DNA of 38,762 nucleotides from NCBI GenBank assembly GCA_050744165.1, contig JBOGGN010000242.1, positions 1 through 38,762 on the forward strand, given 5' to 3'. The notes beneath the pieces were generated by a model. The model saw only the letters and a program-made list of their open reading frames with translations. It was not told the origin of the DNA and did not search any database. The DNA comes from Acidimicrobiales bacterium (GTDB lineage Bacteria > Actinomycetota > Acidimicrobiia > Acidimicrobiales > Palsa-688). Positions 1-8,383 of the stretch are shown in pieces. The translations under genes and the position numbers were made by a program. Within the stretch, counting starts at the first letter, position 1. Each line of letters opens with the position of its first letter.

Positions 1-4
1 GCTC

Positions 5-1381
5 CTATCGGTGCCGAGGCGTCGGCACCCGCGACCCGCCTCCGCCACCCCCGCCAGAGGACCCGCCCCCGCCAGAGGACCCGCCGCCAGAGCCAGCCCC
101 GCCAGCCCCGCCAGCCGCGCCAGCCCCCCCGGCTCCGCCCGCTTCCGAGGCCCCCGCCGAGCCACTCCCGCCGCCAGCCCTGGCTCCCGCCCCCGAAGGC
201 GTCGAAGCCACGGTGGTCGCCCCGTTGTTCGCAAACCCCGCCCCGGTGGTCTTCTTCAGGGTGTCCAGAATGGACATCCCCTGGGCAATCAACCCCACCA
301 GGACCTCGTTGACCCCTTCGGTACCGTTCAGAATCGTCAGGCTGGACCCCTGCAAACCTCCGGCCGCCGCCTGGACCAGGGACGGCAGTTGCTCGATGAC
401 CCGGTTGGCTGCGATCAGTTCCTGGTTGCCATCACGCAGCGATTCCGCCCGCGCCCGGTTGGCCTCGGCTTGGGCGGCCGCCGTCGTTCGCTCGGCGTAG
501 GCCGCCCCATCGGCGGCAAACTTCGCCTGGTCCCGCTGCGCCTCCGCCAAGGTCCGTTGGCGGTAGGCCTCGGCATCGGCGGGCCGGCGTACCTCGGCCT
601 CAAGGCGTTGGGCTGCCAGTTCCGCCTGGCGCTGGGCCAGCGCGGTCTGCTCGGCGATGACGCCCTGCTGGGCCTTGGCCGCCGCCAGCGGGCCGGATTG
701 GGCCGCCTCGGCCCGGGCCTGCTCGGTCTCAGCGGTGAAGCCGGCAGTCTTGATGGCCACGTCGCGCTCGTACTGGGCCTTCAGGGCGACGGCCTCCTGC
801 TCCCGCTCCGCCGCCTCCTGGTCCGCCTTGGCTTGGGCGATGCGGGCCTGGCTGGCCACGGCCGCCGCATGGGGGGCGGCCAGGTTGCTGATGTAGCTGG
901 TGGAGTCGTCGATCTCCTGAATCTGCAGGGCGTCGACCACGATCCCCAACTTCTCCATCTCGGCGTGGCTGCCGTCCTTGATCTCCTGGGCCACCCGGTC
1001 CCGCTCCCGGATGATCTGCTCCACCGTCAGGCCGCCCACGATGGAACGAAGATGGCCCGCGAACACCCGTCCCACCAGCTCCTCCACCCGGTTTTGCTCC
1101 GTCAGGAAACGCCTGGCGGCGTTGGCGATCGACGCCGTGTCGTCGCCGACCTTGAACACCGCCACCGCCCGGACGTTTAGCCGGATGCCCTGGTTGGTGA
1201 TGCACTCCTCGACGATCTCGGCCTCGCGGAGGGCGAGCGACAAGATGCGCGCCTTCTGCTTGACGGGCAGCACGAAGCAGCCATGGCCGGTGACGATCCG
1301 AAACTGGGTGTCCGTCGCGTTGTGCTTCGATCCGGAGACCAGCAGCGCCTCGTTCGGGGCCGGAACATGCCAGAAAAACAT
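5..1381 (-). CDS. Flotillin / SPFH (band 7) family membrane-microdomain protein with Gly/Ser-rich C-terminal tail
   Basis: Translation MFFWHVPAPNEALLVSGSK... carries an SPFH domain followed by a long Ala/Glu/Gln-rich coiled-coil region typical of flotillins. The true ATG is at 1381..1379, which is Met49 of the longer track ORF. A TAG stop lies at 5..7. The C-terminus is an unusual poly-Gly/Ser tail. Confidence 0.82.
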   Translation of the reverse strand: MFFWHVPAPNEALLVSGSKHNATDTQFRIVTGHGCFVLPVKQKARILSLALREAEIVEECITNQGIRLNVRAVAVFKVGDDTASIANAARRFLTEQNRVEELVGRVFAGHLRSIVGGLTVEQIIRERDRVAQEIKDGSHAEMEKLGIVVDALQIQEIDDSTSYISNLAAPHAAAVASQARIAQAKADQEAAEREQEAVALKAQYERDVAIKTAGFTAETEQARAEAAQSGPLAAAKAQQGVIAEQTALAQRQAELAAQRLEAEVRRPADAEAYRQRTLAEAQRDQAKFAADGAAYAERTTAAAQAEANRARAESLRDGNQELIAANRVIEQLPSLVQAAAGGLQGSSLTILNGTEGVNEVLVGLIAQGMSILDTLKKTTGAGFANNGATTVASTPSGAGARAGGGSGSAGASEAGGAGGAGAAGGAGGAGSGGGSSGGGGSSGGGGGGGSRVPTPRHR

Positions 1382-1412
1382 GGGACTTACCCCCTTGAAC
1401 CTTGCGGTTCGT

Positions 1413-1622
1413 CTAAGGACAGGGTGTAACGACGACCGACCGGGCGGAGGAGTACTCAAGCACCAGGACCCGGGTGTGCTTGGCGATGGGCTCGTCGGAC
1501 CAGGCTGCGAATGCTTCGGTGCCACCTCGCACCGCGAGCATCACCTCACCAGGGCCACCGGCGGGGATAGGAATGGTCACACGCCCGATGGTCCCGACCA
1601 AGCCCTCCGCGTCAGTCGACAC
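1413..1622 (-). CDS. NfeD-like OB-fold protein (short YuaF/YqiJ-type partner of flotillin)
   Basis: The 69-aa product has the pattern VMLAVRGGTEAFAAWSDEPI...RVLVLEYSS, typical of the NfeD C-terminal beta-barrel domain. It lies 31 bp upstream of the flotillin gene on the same strand, the classic nfeD-floT operon. Confidence 0.6.
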   Translation of the reverse strand: MSTDAEGLVGTIGRVTIPIPAGGPGEVMLAVRGGTEAFAAWSDEPIAKHTRVLVLEYSSARSVVVTPCP

Positions 1623-1883
1623 GTCCGATCGCCTCTGCTTCGCCTTGCGGCGAAATCGCTATTTCCTGTCGATTCCCACTGTACCGACCCTGGTGTCGCA
1701 TGGCCCCGAAAAGGAGATCCGTTCGGATACTTCGAGTGTCACCCCCCTCCCGGTCCGCGAACTACCCTGCTCCAGTCGGCGGCTCGTTCGAGCAGCCCTT
1801 CGCCTGGCGGCGGCATGGTGTGCAACCGACCCCACAGCGGAGGTGTCTGAGCCAGCGATGCGCCGGCCCAGACCAGAGATCTG

Positions 1884-3659
1884 ATGCTCTTCCCCACCCT
1901 GTCGTTCGCAGCGTTCTTTGCCCTGGTCCTCCCTGCCAGCTGGCTGCTCATGCCTCACCGGGTCCGGTGGCGGGTGTTCATGGTCGCCGCCAGCTGGTTC
2001 TTCTACGGGGCCGCCGACTGGCGCTTCGTCCCCCTCCTGGCTGCCTCCACCGTGGCCAACCAGCTGTTCGCTCTCCTCATCCACCGGGCCCGCGGGCCGG
2101 CCCGCAAGGCGTGGGCAGTCCTCGCGGTGACCGTTGACCTCGGGGCGCTGGCGTGGTTCAAGTACGCCGGCTTCTTGTCGCTGACCCTCCAGAGCAGCCT
2201 CAACGACCTCGGCGTTCGGGCCCATGTCCCCTTGCCGGAGGTGGTCCTCCCGGTCGGGATCTCCTTCTTCACGTTCCAGGCGCTCAGCTACGTGATCGAC
2301 ACGTCGAGGCGCAAGATCGAGCCCGCCCCCTTCCTCGACTTTGCCGTCTATCTCTCGTTCTTTCCACACCTGATCGCCGGCCCCATCGTCCGGGCGGCGG
2401 AGTTCCTGCCGCAGATCAAGAAGAAGATCGATCCCCGCCGGGTTGACGTGGCCCGGGCCTTCTGGCTGATCTCGGCCGGTCTGTTCAAGAAGGTGGTCAT
2501 CGCCAGCTACCTGGGCACCTACGCCGCCGACCCGCTGTTCGGCTTCCCCCACCAGCATGCGGGCGTCGAGGCCCTTTTCGGCGTCTACGCCTACGCGGTG
2601 CAGATCTACATGGACTTCAGCGGCTACACGGACATCGCGATCGGGCTGGCCCTTCTGCTCGGCATCAACTTCCCCCAGAACTTCAACGCCCCCTACGCCG
2701 CCGCCAGCCTCCAGGACTTCTGGCGCCGCTGGCACATCACCCTGTCCCGCTGGCTGCGGGACTATCTCTACATCCCGCTCGGCGGCAACCGCCAGGGCCG
2801 GACGCGCACCTACGTCAACGTGATGATCACCATGCTGCTCGGAGGCCTGTGGCACGGGGCCGCGTGGACGTTCGTCGCCTGGGGGGCGCTGCACGGGATC
2901 GGCCTCTGCGTGGAGCGAGCTCGCCGAGAAAACCAGGATGGAAAAAGGGCGGCCCCTCTCTCCACCCGTCCCCTCGAGCCAGGCCCGCCCTCCGCGCCGG
3001 CGCCCGCCGTTGCTCCTCAACCGCTGGCCCCCGCCGCCCACGACGCCCCGGCCCCGTGGCGAGGGGACTCTGGCGCCGCGTCCTGGTGGCAGTCGGCGGT
3101 GCCTACGAGCAGCTCGCGTCCCGGCGACTACACCTCGGTGGCGAACAGCGACGGACCCGCCTGGACAGCGACGGCGACGGTCACCCCGCCGGAACAGTTC
3201 GCCGAGGACGACGCTGACCTGGCGCCGCCGCCGCCTCTGGTGGCGCCTGCTCCGTCCCCCGAAGATCCGCCGCCGCCCGTTTCGGTCACGCCCCGGCTGC
3301 CCGCGGCATCGCGATGGCCAGTCACGCGCTCGGCGTGGCTTGGCTGGGTGGTCACCTTCCATGTGGTGTGCCTCGCATGGGTCTTCTTCCGGGCAACGTC
3401 GTTCCACAACGCCCTTGAGGTGCTGGGACGGATCGCGGACATCGCCGGCCGGCACCAACCGTTCAACTGGAAGGTTGCAGCCGTTGTGGTGGGCTCGATC
3501 GGCATCCAGCTCGGGCCGCGCGGGATCGGCAACTGGCTCCAAGCGTCGTTCTCGCGGTTCCCGCTCTGGGGCCAGGGCCTAGTCCTGGCCGGCGTGCTCA
3601 CCACCATTGACCTGTTGGGCCCGGCCGGCGTGGCCCCGTTCATCTACTTCCGCTTCTGA
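1884..3659 (+). CDS. MBOAT family membrane-bound O-acyltransferase (AlgI/DltB-like) with ~150-aa Pro-rich internal insertion
   Basis: Multiple TM helices are present, along with the conserved MBOAT His region (...YIPLGGNRQGRTRTYVNVMITMLLGGLWHGAAW...) and the C-terminal WVFFRA motif. A low-complexity Pro/Ala-rich segment (approx. aa 355-500) sits between the catalytic core and the last TM helices. The stop overlaps the start of the next gene (ATGA at 3657-3661). Confidence 0.85.
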   Translation: MLFPTLSFAAFFALVLPASWLLMPHRVRWRVFMVAASWFFYGAADWRFVPLLAASTVANQLFALLIHRARGPARKAWAVLAVTVDLGALAWFKYAGFLSLTLQSSLNDLGVRAHVPLPEVVLPVGISFFTFQALSYVIDTSRRKIEPAPFLDFAVYLSFFPHLIAGPIVRAAEFLPQIKKKIDPRRVDVARAFWLISAGLFKKVVIASYLGTYAADPLFGFPHQHAGVEALFGVYAYAVQIYMDFSGYTDIAIGLALLLGINFPQNFNAPYAAASLQDFWRRWHITLSRWLRDYLYIPLGGNRQGRTRTYVNVMITMLLGGLWHGAAWTFVAWGALHGIGLCVERARRENQDGKRAAPLSTRPLEPGPPSAPAPAVAPQPLAPAAHDAPAPWRGDSGAASWWQSAVPTSSSRPGDYTSVANSDGPAWTATATVTPPEQFAEDDADLAPPPPLVAPAPSPEDPPPPVSVTPRLPAASRWPVTRSAWLGWVVTFHVVCLAWVFFRATSFHNALEVLGRIADIAGRHQPFNWKVAAVVVGSIGIQLGPRGIGNWLQASFSRFPLWGQGLVLAGVLTTIDLLGPAGVAPFIYFRF

Positions 3660-4675
3660 TGCCTCGCCGCCGCCCGCCGCCGGAGGTCGATGGCAGGCGC
3701 ACGGCCTCGGCTGGCCACGCCATCCTCGTGGTCGCCTTGGCACTGCTCCTTGCCGCCTTGCTCAATGCCAACTCGCTGGTGGGATCCATTCAGGGCCAAC
3801 CGTTCGGGACGGCCCGTAGCGTCGGGCTTTCGCTGGCCAAGCCGGTTCGCACGATCAGCCACTGGACCGGTCTGGCCCTGCCCCGGGAATGGATCGATGA
3901 CGTCGCCGCCAACTTCAACAAGAAGACCCCGAGCGCCCAGGTGGCAACCAGAACGACACCGGCGAGTTCGGTGACGACGGTCCCCGTCGGGGTCCCGGCG
4001 ACGTCCACCACCCTGCCACCGCGGCGGGTCCCCACCGCCGAGCAGCCGCTCAAGGTGTGGCTGGCCGGCGATTCGCTCATGGGCAACATCTCGGAATCGT
4101 TCTCCGAGAAGGTGGCTGGCGACCCCCTGATCTCGGCCTCGGACGACGTCCAGATCGGCACTGGCCTTGCCCGGCCTGACGTTTATAACTGGCCCGTGGC
4201 GGTGAGCAACGAGATGGCCGCGGTGAAACCCGACGTCGTCGTCTTCGTCTTCGGTGCCAACGACGACCAGGACATGGTCACCGACGGCCACCGGTTCGTC
4301 CTGCAGAGCCCTGCGTGGCAGCAGGAATACGCCCGGCGGGTCGATCAGCTGCTGGCGGAAACAGCCGACGGGACTCGCCAAGTGATCTGGCTCGGCGTTC
4401 CTGCCATGCGCCGACCCCGGCTCAACCAGACCAAGGACCTCATCAACCAGATTGTCCAGACGGCGGCGGCGGCCCATCCCAACGTGAGCTACCTCGACCT
4501 GGGTTCGCTGGTCGACGGCCCTGGCAACGCGTTCTCGACCTACGGGACCACGGCCTCAGGCCAGACCGTGGCCGTTCGGGACGCCGATGGCATCCACCTC
4601 ACCCTGAGCGGCGCGGGACTCCTTTCGCCCCTGCTGCTGGCGAACATCGACCGCTTCTGGGGCCTCCCCGGCTAG
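3659..4675 (+). CDS. SGNH/GDSL-type hydrolase (DUF459-like, AlgX/AlgJ/DltD-type partner of MBOAT) with N-terminal membrane anchor
   Basis: The protein has an N-terminal TM segment followed by a Thr/Pro-rich linker. It carries a GDS(L) motif (VWLAGDSLMGNIS) and a downstream GANDD-type block, with DxxH near the C-terminus (DADGIH). It is translationally coupled to the MBOAT gene. Confidence 0.75.
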   Translation: MPRRRPPPEVDGRRTASAGHAILVVALALLLAALLNANSLVGSIQGQPFGTARSVGLSLAKPVRTISHWTGLALPREWIDDVAANFNKKTPSAQVATRTTPASSVTTVPVGVPATSTTLPPRRVPTAEQPLKVWLAGDSLMGNISESFSEKVAGDPLISASDDVQIGTGLARPDVYNWPVAVSNEMAAVKPDVVVFVFGANDDQDMVTDGHRFVLQSPAWQQEYARRVDQLLAETADGTRQVIWLGVPAMRRPRLNQTKDLINQIVQTAAAAHPNVSYLDLGSLVDGPGNAFSTYGTTASGQTVAVRDADGIHLTLSGAGLLSPLLLANIDRFWGLPG

Positions 4676-4692
4676 CCCGCGGGCGCACGGCG

Positions 4693-5943
4693 CTAACGAG
4701 CTCGGGCGGGATCGTCCTCGACAGGCGCGATCGCTTCCAGTTCCCGGCCGCTGGTCTCGGGGAACCACCGGGCAACGACGAAGATCAGGACGACCGGACC
4801 GAGGATCAGGAAGGCCACGGTGTCGGGCAGGTTCCCGAAGACCCGCAGCAGGAGCCCGCCCAACGTCAAGCTGAGCACCTCGCCGAGGACCAGTGCCACC
4901 GAGACGGCGGCGCCGCCGAAGGCCCGCAACTGGGTGGGGAACAATTCGGTGGTGAACGCGCCGAGCGCCGGGCGGGCCCCGAGGCTGCCGCTCAGGGTGA
5001 GGCCGATACACAGCCCGAAGGACAGCGGGCTGTGAGCGGCGAAAAAGAACAGGAGCGCCCCGACCACCGCCAAGCTGGCAAACATGCAGCCGACGAACTT
5101 GCGGCCGAGCCGGTCCGACAGGGGTCCCGCCGCCATCTGGACACCGATGGCGGGTACCCCGCCCACGATGAGCAGCCACCCCACCGTCGCCGCCGACAGG
5201 TGCCGCTGGGTCTGCAGGAAGTCTGGGGCCAGAGCGACGGCATGGGTGGTCATGGCGCCCAAGATGCCGGTGAGGCACAGCAGCCACAACCAACGGCGGT
5301 GGGGTGGCTGCAGGATCTGGCGCCAGTCCCGGACCAAGGCACCTTGCTCCCGGGCCTGGTCGAATCGCCGGCTCTCCGGGAGCCTCCGGCGCAGGAAGGC
5401 GAGCGCCAAGAGCGGTGGCGCGGCCGCGGCGTAAAGCCACCGCCAGGAAATCCCCACGGGCCCGAACAGGATGGAGCTGGCGCCCACCCCGACCGCGGCC
5501 GAGGTCGCCAGCCACGCGAAGCCAAACCCGCGTGACGAAGCGGGCAGCTCCTCGGCCACCATGACCCAGGCCACCGCCTGCTCGGTTCCGAGGAATCCCC
5601 GGGCACAGAACTGGCAGCCCACGAAGACATAGATGTTGGGCGCCAGCGCCGTCAGCCCGGTCGCGATGCAGTAGCCGAGCACCGACACGAGAAGGATCCG
5701 GCGCCGCCCTTTACGATCGGCCTGGCGGGTCAGCCACACCGCGGGCAACGCACCGAGGTACAGCACCCCAAGCCACAGGGAGGCGCTTGATTGGGTCAAC
5801 CCGAACGAATGGCGGATCTGCTTTAGGGCGACCGACACCAGATTGAGGTCGTAGCCCTCGAAGAATGTGGCTCCGCCGAGCAACGCGAGAAGGACCCAGT
5901 GGCGCCTCTCCAGCCGCGGGCGCCTGCTCCCGTTGCCGGCCAC
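4693..5943 (-). CDS. MFS (major facilitator superfamily) transporter; start codon uncertain
   Basis: About 12 predicted TM helices with MFS-type loops (…LTRQADRKGRRRILL… / …SDRLGRKF…). The ORF runs to 6201, but the first TM begins near aa 100, so a GTG at 5943 is proposed as the start. The true start may be anywhere from 5943 to 6201. Confidence 0.65.
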   Translation of the reverse strand: MAGNGSRRPRLERRHWVLLALLGGATFFEGYDLNLVSVALKQIRHSFGLTQSSASLWLGVLYLGALPAVWLTRQADRKGRRRILLVSVLGYCIATGLTALAPNIYVFVGCQFCARGFLGTEQAVAWVMVAEELPASSRGFGFAWLATSAAVGVGASSILFGPVGISWRWLYAAAAPPLLALAFLRRRLPESRRFDQAREQGALVRDWRQILQPPHRRWLWLLCLTGILGAMTTHAVALAPDFLQTQRHLSAATVGWLLIVGGVPAIGVQMAAGPLSDRLGRKFVGCMFASLAVVGALLFFFAAHSPLSFGLCIGLTLSGSLGARPALGAFTTELFPTQLRAFGGAAVSVALVLGEVLSLTLGGLLLRVFGNLPDTVAFLILGPVVLIFVVARWFPETSGRELEAIAPVEDDPARAR

Positions 5944-6031
5944 ACGACGAGCATGCTGCAAAACCAGGGGGAAAAGACGACGCGGGCCCGGGAACGTTCC
6001 ACTTCCGCCGGGTCGGGCTACCGTCGTCTTC

Positions 6032-6805
6032 GTGGCCTGGTCCGCAGGTAGCCTCCCGCCGCCGGGAGCCGGCGATCGGCCCGGGTCCCCTGATCTGGCG
6101 AAGGATTCGAGCCGCCAGGCGTTTTCCTTCCCTGCGGTTGGATTCGCGCTCCTGGGCGCCGTGGTGAGCATCATCGTGCTCGGGAGCGCCAGCGTCGCCA
6201 TCGGTTCGGCCCTGTTCCCCGGGAGCTCCGCCGCCGAGACGCTCTTCGCCGAGATCGGCTTGTGGTTCGGGTTGGGCGGTACCTGTGTTCTCGCCAGCCG
6301 CCGCTACGGGAGCGGCTCGCTCGTCGGGGACTACGGCTGGCGGCTGAAGCCGGCCGACCTGGGCTTTGGCCTGCTGGCGGCGGCGGCGTGCCTGGTGGCC
6401 GCCGGCTTCGTGGGCGCCGCCTTCTCTGGAACCCGTTTTGCTGGGAGCAACACCCAGATCATCACCAACGAGCATGGGAACACCGCCGGCGTCGCCATTG
6501 TTACTGTCATCGCTGCCGTCGGCGCGCCGATCTTCGAGGAGTTGTTCTTCCGGGGGTTGCTGCGCCAGGCGCTGGCGAGCCGCCTCGGCGTGGGAGCCAT
6601 CTGGGTCCAGGCGGTGTTCTTCGGACTTGCCCACTTCCAACCCGGCGCCGGCCTCGGCAACGTCTCTATCGTCGCCGCTACCGCCGTCATCGGGGTGATC
6701 CTGGGCTACACCACGTCGCTGACCGGCCGGCTCGGAGCCGACACCATCGCCCACGGGTTATTCAATCTGACCGTCACCATCAGCATCATTGGAGTGATCA
6801 GATGA
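6032..6805 (+). CDS. CPBP family intramembrane glutamic endopeptidase (CAAX protease/Abi-like); start uncertain
   Basis: Shows the EExxxR motif (APIFEELFFRGLL), FGLAHF and a C-terminal HGLFN motif embedded in TM helices. The ORF is open from 5867, and an internal GTG at 6032 or 6161 is the likely start. The stop overlaps the next gene. Confidence 0.65.
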   Translation: MAWSAGSLPPPGAGDRPGSPDLAKDSSRQAFSFPAVGFALLGAVVSIIVLGSASVAIGSALFPGSSAAETLFAEIGLWFGLGGTCVLASRRYGSGSLVGDYGWRLKPADLGFGLLAAAACLVAAGFVGAAFSGTRFAGSNTQIITNEHGNTAGVAIVTVIAAVGAPIFEELFFRGLLRQALASRLGVGAIWVQAVFFGLAHFQPGAGLGNVSIVAATAVIGVILGYTTSLTGRLGADTIAHGLFNLTVTISIIGVIR

Positions 6806-7566
6806 CTGCAGCTGACAACGCCCCCACCGCTCCCCGCTCGTCGGGCACTTCTCATCGCACTCCGCCCCCGCCCCCGCCCCGGCACCACCGGGACATCCAG
6901 GGCGGCGCCGCCCGTGCTGCGGTGCTCGGCGTCAGCGACGGGTTGGTGACCAACATGTCGCTGATCCTCGGGGTGACCGGAGCCAATACCGGCCCCGGGC
7001 TGGTGCGCGTCGCCGGGCTGGCGGGCCTGCTGGCCGGCGCCTTCTCGATGGCAGCGGGCGAGTATGTGTCGATGAAGGCCCAGGCCGAGCTCTTGGAACG
7101 GGAGCTCGAGATGGAGCGGCTCGAGTTGCAGCGCGCCCCACTCGCCGAGCAAGACGAGCTGGCACAGCTCTACGCCTCTCGAGGGGTCGACCCCACGGTG
7201 GCCGGGGAGCTGGCCGGGGAGATGATGCGGACCCCCGAGTTGGCCCTGGAGACCCATGCCCGCGAGGAACTCGGTGTCGACCCCGCGGCGCTGGGCAAGC
7301 CCTTCCAGGCAGCCGCCGCCTCGGCCGCCAGCTTCGCGGGTGGCGCCCTGGTGCCCCTCATCCCGTGGTTCTTCAGCCACGGGGCGCTGGCCGTTGTCGT
7401 GGCCGCCGTTCTGGCGGCAATGGCGGCCGTTGCCATCGGCGTCGCCCTGGCCCGCTTCACGGGGCGCTCGGCGCTGCGTCTGGCTCTTCGCCAGCTGGCG
7501 GTCACCGCTGCCGCCGCCGGGGTGACCTACGCCCTCGGTGCTCTGGTGGGTACCCACCTCGGCTAG
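6802..7566 (+). CDS. VIT1/CCC1 family (DUF125) Fe2+/Mn2+ transporter
   Basis: The ATG at 6802 overlaps the CPBP stop (ATGA). The product has N-terminal TM helices, a cytoplasmic acidic helical segment (ELLERELEMERLELQRAPLAEQDELAQLYASRG) and C-terminal TM helices, matching VIT1 architecture. The N-terminus is His/Pro-rich. Confidence 0.78.
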   Translation: MTAADNAPTAPRSSGTSHRTPPPPPPRHHRDIQGGAARAAVLGVSDGLVTNMSLILGVTGANTGPGLVRVAGLAGLLAGAFSMAAGEYVSMKAQAELLERELEMERLELQRAPLAEQDELAQLYASRGVDPTVAGELAGEMMRTPELALETHAREELGVDPAALGKPFQAAAASAASFAGGALVPLIPWFFSHGALAVVVAAVLAAMAAVAIGVALARFTGRSALRLALRQLAVTAAAAGVTYALGALVGTHLG

Positions 7567-7658
7567 ATAGTCAATTCCTGAGTGATCTGGTCTACATTCG
7601 CCGGCCGGCCGGGTAGGGTGGTCGGGCAAGCGAGCTATGTGTAGGAGGAAACATCCTG

Positions 7659-8294
7659 ATGGCAATCCAACTCGGAGACATCGCTCCGGATTTCAGCGCC
7701 GACACCACCGAAGGCACGGTCGACTTCCACGACTGGCTGGGCGACGGGTGGGGCGTCCTGTTTTCCCACCCCGCCGACTTCACCCCCGTGTGCACCACCG
7801 AGCTGGGCATGGTCGCCAAGCTGAAGGAGGAGTTCGCCAAGCGCAACGCCAAGGTGATCGCCGTCAGCGTCGACCCGCTCGAATCGCACCAGGCGTGGAT
7901 CGGCGACATCAACGAGACCCAGCAGACCAACGTCAACTTCCCGTTGATCGCCGACCCGGATCGCAAGGTCGCCGACCTCTACGGGATGATCCACCCCAAC
8001 GCCTCGAACACCTCCACGGTGCGCTCGGTGTTCCTCATCGGTCCCGACAAGACGGTCAAGCTGATGATCACCTACCCCGCGGCGACGGGCCGCAACTTCC
8101 AGGAGATCCTTCGGGTCCTCGACTCGTTGCAGCTGACCGCCAACTACTCGGTGGCCACCCCGGTCGACTGGAAGCAGGGCGACGACGTCATCATTGTCCC
8201 CGCGGTATCCGACGAGGCTGCCAAGGCCAAGTTCCCCAAGGGCTGGAGGACCGAGCGGCCCTACCTGCGGGTCACGCCTCAGCCCAACCTGTAA
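7659..8294 (+). CDS. 1-Cys peroxiredoxin (Prx6 subfamily)
   Basis: Carries the FTPVCTTE peroxidatic-Cys motif, with a full-length Prx6-like sequence. A strong AGGAGG Shine-Dalgarno lies about 9 nt upstream of the ATG. Confidence 0.9.
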   Translation: MAIQLGDIAPDFSADTTEGTVDFHDWLGDGWGVLFSHPADFTPVCTTELGMVAKLKEEFAKRNAKVIAVSVDPLESHQAWIGDINETQQTNVNFPLIADPDRKVADLYGMIHPNASNTSTVRSVFLIGPDKTVKLMITYPAATGRNFQEILRVLDSLQLTANYSVATPVDWKQGDDVIIVPAVSDEAAKAKFPKGWRTERPYLRVTPQPNL

Positions 8295-8312
8295 AGCCTC
8301 GTTTCGATTTGA

Positions 8313-8347
8313 GGGGGGCGGCGTCCGCGTGGGCGCCGCCTTCTTCG
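8313..8347 (+). terminator. Candidate intrinsic terminator downstream of the peroxiredoxin gene
   Basis: A GC-rich hairpin (GGCGGCG-tccgcgtgg-CGCCGCC) is followed by TTCTTCG, 20 nt after the TAA stop. Confidence 0.35.
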
Positions 8348-8383
8348 CGCTCCCGTCGGGCCGCCCGCCGGTAGTTTGGGCTC

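Noticed and set aside
1659-3542. 627-aa minus-strand ORF (and similar long ORFs at 11-1180 +, 3644-4477 -, 4315-5535 +, 5711-6754 -, 6706-7665 -, 8510-9592 -, 16138-17826 +, 19686-21248 +)
   Set aside because: They lie antisense or out of frame to genes with clear family signatures. Their translations are Arg/Gly/Pro-rich with no domain features. This is typical stop-codon-poor artefact of ~70% GC DNA.
7567-7658. Specific redox-regulator (OxyR-type) operator upstream of the peroxiredoxin gene
   Set aside because: No convincing dyad could be identified by eye in the 92-bp leader. Only the strong SD is supported.
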